Of a stretch of 64,000 nucleotides of DNA, positions 59,647 through 64,000 are shown in pieces. The stretch's first letter is position 1, and each line of letters opens with the position of its first letter. The position numbers were made by a program, and so were the translations under genes. The notes under the pieces were generated by a model. It was not told the DNA's origin and made no database searches. It saw only the letters and a list, made by a program, of their open reading frames with translations. This DNA is from Gemmatimonadales bacterium (lineage in GTDB: Bacteria; Gemmatimonadota; Gemmatimonadetes; Gemmatimonadales; GWC2-71-9), in contig JBBQFH010000011.1 of assembly GCA_038321865.1 (NCBI GenBank), positions 17,651 to 81,650 on the forward strand. Direction: 5' to 3'.

Positions 59647-61989
59647 TTGACGGCTGACGTACCCGATCGCCTGGCCGCCGCACTGGCCGGCCGCTACCGC
59701 ATCGACCGCGAGCTCGGCGCCGGCGGCATGGCCACCGTCTACCTCGCCCACGACCTCCGGCACGACCGCGACGTCGCCATCAAGGTGCTCCGCCCCGATC
59801 TCGCCGCGGCACTCGGCGCCGAGCGTTTCCTGGCCGAAGTCCACATCACCGCGCGCCTGGACCATCCGCATATCCTGACCCTGATCGATTCCGGCGAGGT
59901 GGACGGCACGCTGTACTACGTCATGCCGTTCGTCCGCGGCGAGTCGCTCCGGGCCCGGCTCGCCCGCGAATCGCAGCTGCCGGTCGATGCGGCCCTCGAC
60001 ATCACGCGCCAGATCGCGGCGGCGCTGGAGTATGCCCACCGCCAGGGCGTGATTCACCGCGACATCAAGCCGGAGAACATCCTGCTGCATGAAGGCGTGG
60101 CCGTGCTGGCCGACTTCGGCATCGCCCTCGCCGTCTCCGAGGCCGGCGGCGATCGGCTGACCGGGACCGGCCTGTCACTCGGCACGCCGAACTACATGAG
60201 TCCGGAACAGGCGGCCGGCGACCGCGACGTCGACGCGCGGACCGATATCTACGCCCTCGGCGCGGTCACCTACGAGATGCTCGCCGGCGAGCCGCCGGTG
60301 ACCGGGGCAACGGCGCGGGCGGTGATCGCCAAGCTCATGACCGAGCGCCCGACCGCGCTCCGGGTGCTTCGCCACGGGGTACCGGCGCCGGTCGACGCCG
60401 CGGTGATGCGCGCGCTGGCCAAGGCGCCGGCCGATCGCTTTCCCACCGCGCACGCCTTTGCCGACGCGCTCGGCCAGCCGGCCCGGAAGTCCCCGCGTGC
60501 GGCGCTCGCGGTGGCCGGCCTCGCCGCCGTCGCCGCCGTGGCGATTCTGCTCGCGGCGCCGTGGCGGGCCAGGGCGGCGGCAGCGGGTCCGGCGACCCCC
60601 GCGGCATACCGTTCCATCGCCGTGCTGCCGCTGGACAACTACTCCGCCGATTCCAGCCAGGCCTATTTCGCCGAGGGGATGACGGACGAGCTGACCACCG
60701 ACCTGGCGACGATCAGCTCGCTCCGCGTCATCTCCCGCGGATCCACCATGCAGTACGCGGGGAGGAATCGGCCACCCACGCCCGAGATCGCCCGGGCATT
60801 GAACGTGGACGCGATCGTCGAGGGTTCGGTGACGCGGGCGGGCGACCAGGTCCGGATCACGGCGCAGCTGATCGACGCGCGGGCGGACCGGCATCTCTGG
60901 GCCCGGAGTTTCGAGCGGAAGTCGAGCGACGTGCTGGCGCTGCAGGCCGAGCTCGCGTCGGCGATCGCCGAGGCGATCAACGTCCAGCTGACGCCGGGGG
61001 AGCAGACCCGGCTCGCCGCGGCGCCGACGGTGGACCCGGCGGCGCACGATGCGTATCTCAAGGGGCGCTATTTCTTCGCGCGGCCCAGCGACCAGAACCT
61101 GGAGAAGGCGATCGCGCAGTTCAACGCGGCGGTGAAGTCGAGCCCCGCCTTCGCCCCCGCGTGGTCGGGTCTCTCCGACGCGTATCTGTGGGCGGCGTTC
61201 AACGAAGGGTTCATCAGCGCGAAGGAGGCCGGCCCCCTGGCGAAGCAGGCGGCCGAGCGGGCCGTGCAGCTCGACAGCAGCGCCGCCGAAGGTCACGCGT
61301 CGCTCGGCACCTGGCTGGCGTGGTTCGCCCATGACTGGCCCGCCAGTGAGCGGGAGCTTCGCCATGCGATCGCGCTGAATCCCAACTATGCCTTCGCGCA
61401 CGATCAATTCGGATTGATGCTCGCGATTCTGGGACGGCTCGACGAGTCGATCGCCGAGGGCAAGCGGGCGATGACGCTGGACCCGCTGTCGCCATCGATC
61501 CTGATCGACGCCCTCATGCCGTTTCAGTTTCAGCACAACCTGCCGGCCACCCTCGCGCTGGCGCGGCGCGCGGCCGATCTCGACCCCACCTTCTTCTTTC
61601 CGTCCAGCGTGGTGGGCTGGTTCGATCTGCAGGTGGGCAAGTTCCGGGAGGCGGTGCCGCTGCTGGAGAAGGCGCGCACCATGGACGCCCCGTCGTTCAC
61701 CACCGCATACCTGGCGTACGCATACGGCAAGGCGGGCGACCAGCCGCGCGCACTGGCCGCGCTGGCCGACCTCAAGAAAATGTCGCGCAGCGGCAACGGA
61801 TTGCCGTTCGACGTGGCGCTCTTCCATCTGGGCCAGGGCGACAACCGGCAGGCGCTCGACTACCTGGAACAGGCCTTTGCGGCCAATGCCCAGTCGCTGG
61901 TCTGGCTCAAGGAGGATGCGATCTACGATCCGTTGCGCCGTGAGCCACGGTTCATCGCCCTGATGCGCCAGATGCATTTCACGCCGTGA
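59647..61989 (+). CDS. Ser/Thr protein kinase with TM segment, TolB_N-like and TPR domains
   Basis: All Hanks motifs (HRDIKPEN, DFG, GTPNYMSPEQ); hydrophobic ALAVAGLAAVAAVAILL; SIAVLPL; TPRs; TTG start. Confidence 0.92.
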   Translation: MTADVPDRLAAALAGRYRIDRELGAGGMATVYLAHDLRHDRDVAIKVLRPDLAAALGAERFLAEVHITARLDHPHILTLIDSGEVDGTLYYVMPFVRGESLRARLARESQLPVDAALDITRQIAAALEYAHRQGVIHRDIKPENILLHEGVAVLADFGIALAVSEAGGDRLTGTGLSLGTPNYMSPEQAAGDRDVDARTDIYALGAVTYEMLAGEPPVTGATARAVIAKLMTERPTALRVLRHGVPAPVDAAVMRALAKAPADRFPTAHAFADALGQPARKSPRAALAVAGLAAVAAVAILLAAPWRARAAAAGPATPAAYRSIAVLPLDNYSADSSQAYFAEGMTDELTTDLATISSLRVISRGSTMQYAGRNRPPTPEIARALNVDAIVEGSVTRAGDQVRITAQLIDARADRHLWARSFERKSSDVLALQAELASAIAEAINVQLTPGEQTRLAAAPTVDPAAHDAYLKGRYFFARPSDQNLEKAIAQFNAAVKSSPAFAPAWSGLSDAYLWAAFNEGFISAKEAGPLAKQAAERAVQLDSSAAEGHASLGTWLAWFAHDWPASERELRHAIALNPNYAFAHDQFGLMLAILGRLDESIAEGKRAMTLDPLSPSILIDALMPFQFQHNLPATLALARRAADLDPTFFFPSSVVGWFDLQVGKFREAVPLLEKARTMDAPSFTTAYLAYAYGKAGDQPRALAALADLKKMSRSGNGLPFDVALFHLGQGDNRQALDYLEQAFAANAQSLVWLKEDAIYDPLRREPRFIALMRQMHFTP

Positions 61990-62173
61990 GCGGCCGGCGG
62001 TGGATGAGGCGAAGGCGGCGCTCGCGCGGCTGAACGCTTCCGAGGTGTCGTGATCACGGCCCGTCAGGTATGTTCGCCTGCCGGGCTTCCGTTAGCGTGA
62101 AAGGGGAGATCCAATTCCTGATTCAGCCGGGTTCGTTCCGCTCACCACCTATCGCGAGTACGCGCCCTCCGAC

Positions 62174-62782
62174 ATGCAGAGCCGCGCCGCCGCATTCTAT
62201 GCCGAGATGAATCGGCGGCGGACGACGAGGCACTTCAGTGACCGGCCGATTCCGGAGGGGGTGCTGGAGGACTGCCTTCGGGCGGCCGGCACCGCGCCGA
62301 GCGGCGCGCACCAGCAGCCGTGGCATTTCGTGGTGGTGCGCGATCCCGCGCTCAAGCGGGAGCTGCGGGTTGCGGCCGAGCGGGAGGAGCGGACGTTCTA
62401 CGCATCGGCACCGGCCGAGTGGCTCGAGGCGCTGGCACCGCTGGGCACCGACGCGGTGAAGCCGTACCTCGAAACGGCCCCCGCGCTGATCGCCGTGTTC
62501 GCTCAGCGGTACCATCTGATGCCGGATGGGTGCCGCCGGCCCCATTACTATGTAAGCGAATCGGTGGGGATCGCCGCCGGGTTCCTGCTCGGCGCGCTGC
62601 ACGCCGCGGGTCTCGTCGCGCTCACCCACACGCCGAACCCGATGGGATTTCTCCGCGAGCTCCTCGGCCGGCCCGACACCGAGCGGCCGGTGATGCTGGT
62701 CGTGACCGGGTATCCGGCGGCCGATGCGCAGGTGCCCCGTCTCGAACGGAAGCCGCTCGCCGAGATTGCCACGTTCCGCTGA
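62174..62782 (+). CDS. Nitroreductase-superfamily flavoprotein, iodotyrosine deiodinase-like
   Basis: [45 protein letters not shown]; start may be ATT 62114. Confidence 0.85.
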   Translation: MQSRAAAFYAEMNRRRTTRHFSDRPIPEGVLEDCLRAAGTAPSGAHQQPWHFVVVRDPALKRELRVAAEREERTFYASAPAEWLEALAPLGTDAVKPYLETAPALIAVFAQRYHLMPDGCRRPHYYVSESVGIAAGFLLGALHAAGLVALTHTPNPMGFLRELLGRPDTERPVMLVVTGYPAADAQVPRLERKPLAEIATFR

Positions 62783-62800
62783 CCTCTGCCTGGTCGGGCA

Positions 62801-63172
62801 TCACCGTACCGCGCCCCACACGATGGCCGCGCATAGCCCGAGCATGCCCAGCGCGGGCAGAAATTTCTTCAGTGGATCGCCGATCCTGGCATGCATCGCG
62901 AGCGCGCCAAGCATCAGGATGCAGATGAGTGCAGCCGCGGGGAACACCAGGGCAGGCAGCCAGATGCCGGCGATCAGTGCGATCGCCGCCCCGATCTTCA
63001 ATGACCCGATCAGGTAGGTGAACCACGCCGGCAGCCCGTAGGCGGCGAATTCTTGCACCATCGTGTGGGCATCGCCACCACGATAGCCCGTGCGCCGACT
63101 GAATCGCAGCAGCCACACGTTCAGGAGTCCGAGTGCCGCCGCCACCTGCAGGATGACCATGACCGTTTTCAT
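62801..63172 (-). CDS. DoxX-like membrane protein
   Basis: LLNVWLLR, EFAAYGLP, MLGALAMH..IGDP.KK.LPA. Confidence 0.8.
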   Translation of the reverse strand: MKTVMVILQVAAALGLLNVWLLRFSRRTGYRGGDAHTMVQEFAAYGLPAWFTYLIGSLKIGAAIALIAGIWLPALVFPAAALICILMLGALAMHARIGDPLKKFLPALGMLGLCAAIVWGAVR

Positions 63173-63302
63173 GTCTGATTGCTCCGCTGCGTGAGGAAGA
63201 AGGCCGCGCTCCACACTACCTTAATGGGGATCTCCGTCAACCGTCGGGCCGAGCCAGGCGGCCTGCGTGCGTGACGCACCCTTGCTCCACCGGGAGTAGT
63301 GC

Positions 63303-64000
63303 ATGGCCCAACCGCTCGACCGACTGTTCAACGCCCTTTCCGACCGCTATACCCTCGAGCGCGAGCTGGGCCAGGGCGGCATGGCCACCGTCTATCTCGC
63401 GCACGACCTGAAGCACGATCGTCAGGTCGCGGTCAAGGTCCTCAGGCCCGAGCTGGCCGCGGTGATCGGCGCCGAGCGGTTCGTGGTCGAGATCCGGACC
63501 ACGGCGAGCCTGCAGCATCCCCACATCCTGCCGCTCTTCGACTCCGGCACGGCCGACAGCTTTCTCTACTACGTGATGCCGTTCATCGACGGCGAGACGC
63601 TCCGGGCCAAGCTCGATCGCGAAACGCAGATCAGCATCGAGGAGTCGGTGAAGATCACCGTGGCGGTGGCCGACGCTCTCGACTACGCCCACCGCCGCGG
63701 CGTGGTCCACCGCGACATCAAGCCGGAGAACATCCTGCTGCACGACGGCCGGCCCATGGTAGCCGACTTCGGCATCGCGCTGGCGCTCTCCGCCGCGGCG
63801 GGTGGCCGAATGACCGAGACCGGCATGTCGCTCGGCACGCCGCACTACATGAGCCCGGAGCAGGCCACGGCGGAGAAGGAGATTACCGCGCGGAGCGACG
63901 TCTACTCCCTCGGCAGCGTGCTCTATGAGATGCTCACCGGCAATCCGCCCCACACCGGTGCGTCGGCCCAGCAGATCATCATGAAGATCGTGACCGAGGA
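63303..64000 (+). CDS. Ser/Thr protein kinase, 3'-truncated (missing from the ORF track)
   Basis: Translated by hand from ATG 63303: MAQPLDRLFNALSDRYTLERELGQGGMATVY...HRDIKPEN...DFG...GTPHYMSPEQ; GGGAG RBS; open to the window end. Confidence 0.92.
   Translation, partial: MAQPLDRLFNALSDRYTLERELGQGGMATVYLAHDLKHDRQVAVKVLRPELAAVIGAERFVVEIRTTASLQHPHILPLFDSGTADSFLYYVMPFIDGETLRAKLDRETQISIEESVKITVAVADALDYAHRRGVVHRDIKPENILLHDGRPMVADFGIALALSAAAGGRMTETGMSLGTPHYMSPEQATAEKEITARSDVYSLGSVLYEMLTGNPPHTGASAQQIIMKIVTE

Noticed and set aside
63299..63928. 209-aa ORF in the track
   Set aside because: Wrong frame; the real gene is the kinase starting at 63303.

Overview
High-GC bacterial chromosomal segment, most likely Gemmatimonadota. 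This assignment is an inference from the four Hanks-type kinases (TolB_N-like/TPR type), a TPEP-type PEP-CTERM tail and the M28 peptidase style. About 57 protein-coding genes were found; no rRNA, tRNA, CRISPR array, integrase or transposase was seen. Recognisable modules: HxlR-RND efflux-MFS operon; BNR beta-propeller plus MoaD/ThiS ubiquitin-like pair; PEP-CTERM, FAD oxidoreductase and GT2 islet; sthA; split DUF4331-TPR operon with an ECF-type promoter; secreted glycosidases; a blue-copper lipoprotein cluster; three hybrid histidine kinases; MarR plus two ring-cleaving dioxygenases divergent from aceA; a MacAB-like ABC exporter; and an iodotyrosine-deiodinase-like nitroreductase. Best candidate for an undescribed system: a six-gene operon at 43272-47952 (REC, RsbW-like kinase, STAS protein, Cys-rich patatin, REC-PP2C, MASE2 histidine kinase), a complete partner switch with no sigma factor and an embedded phospholipase. 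Other notable signals are a 131-bp REPIN-like nested palindrome, a perfect 20-bp operator between marR and aceA, and possible non-canonical start codons. All family calls come from motif recognition by eye, not database searches.
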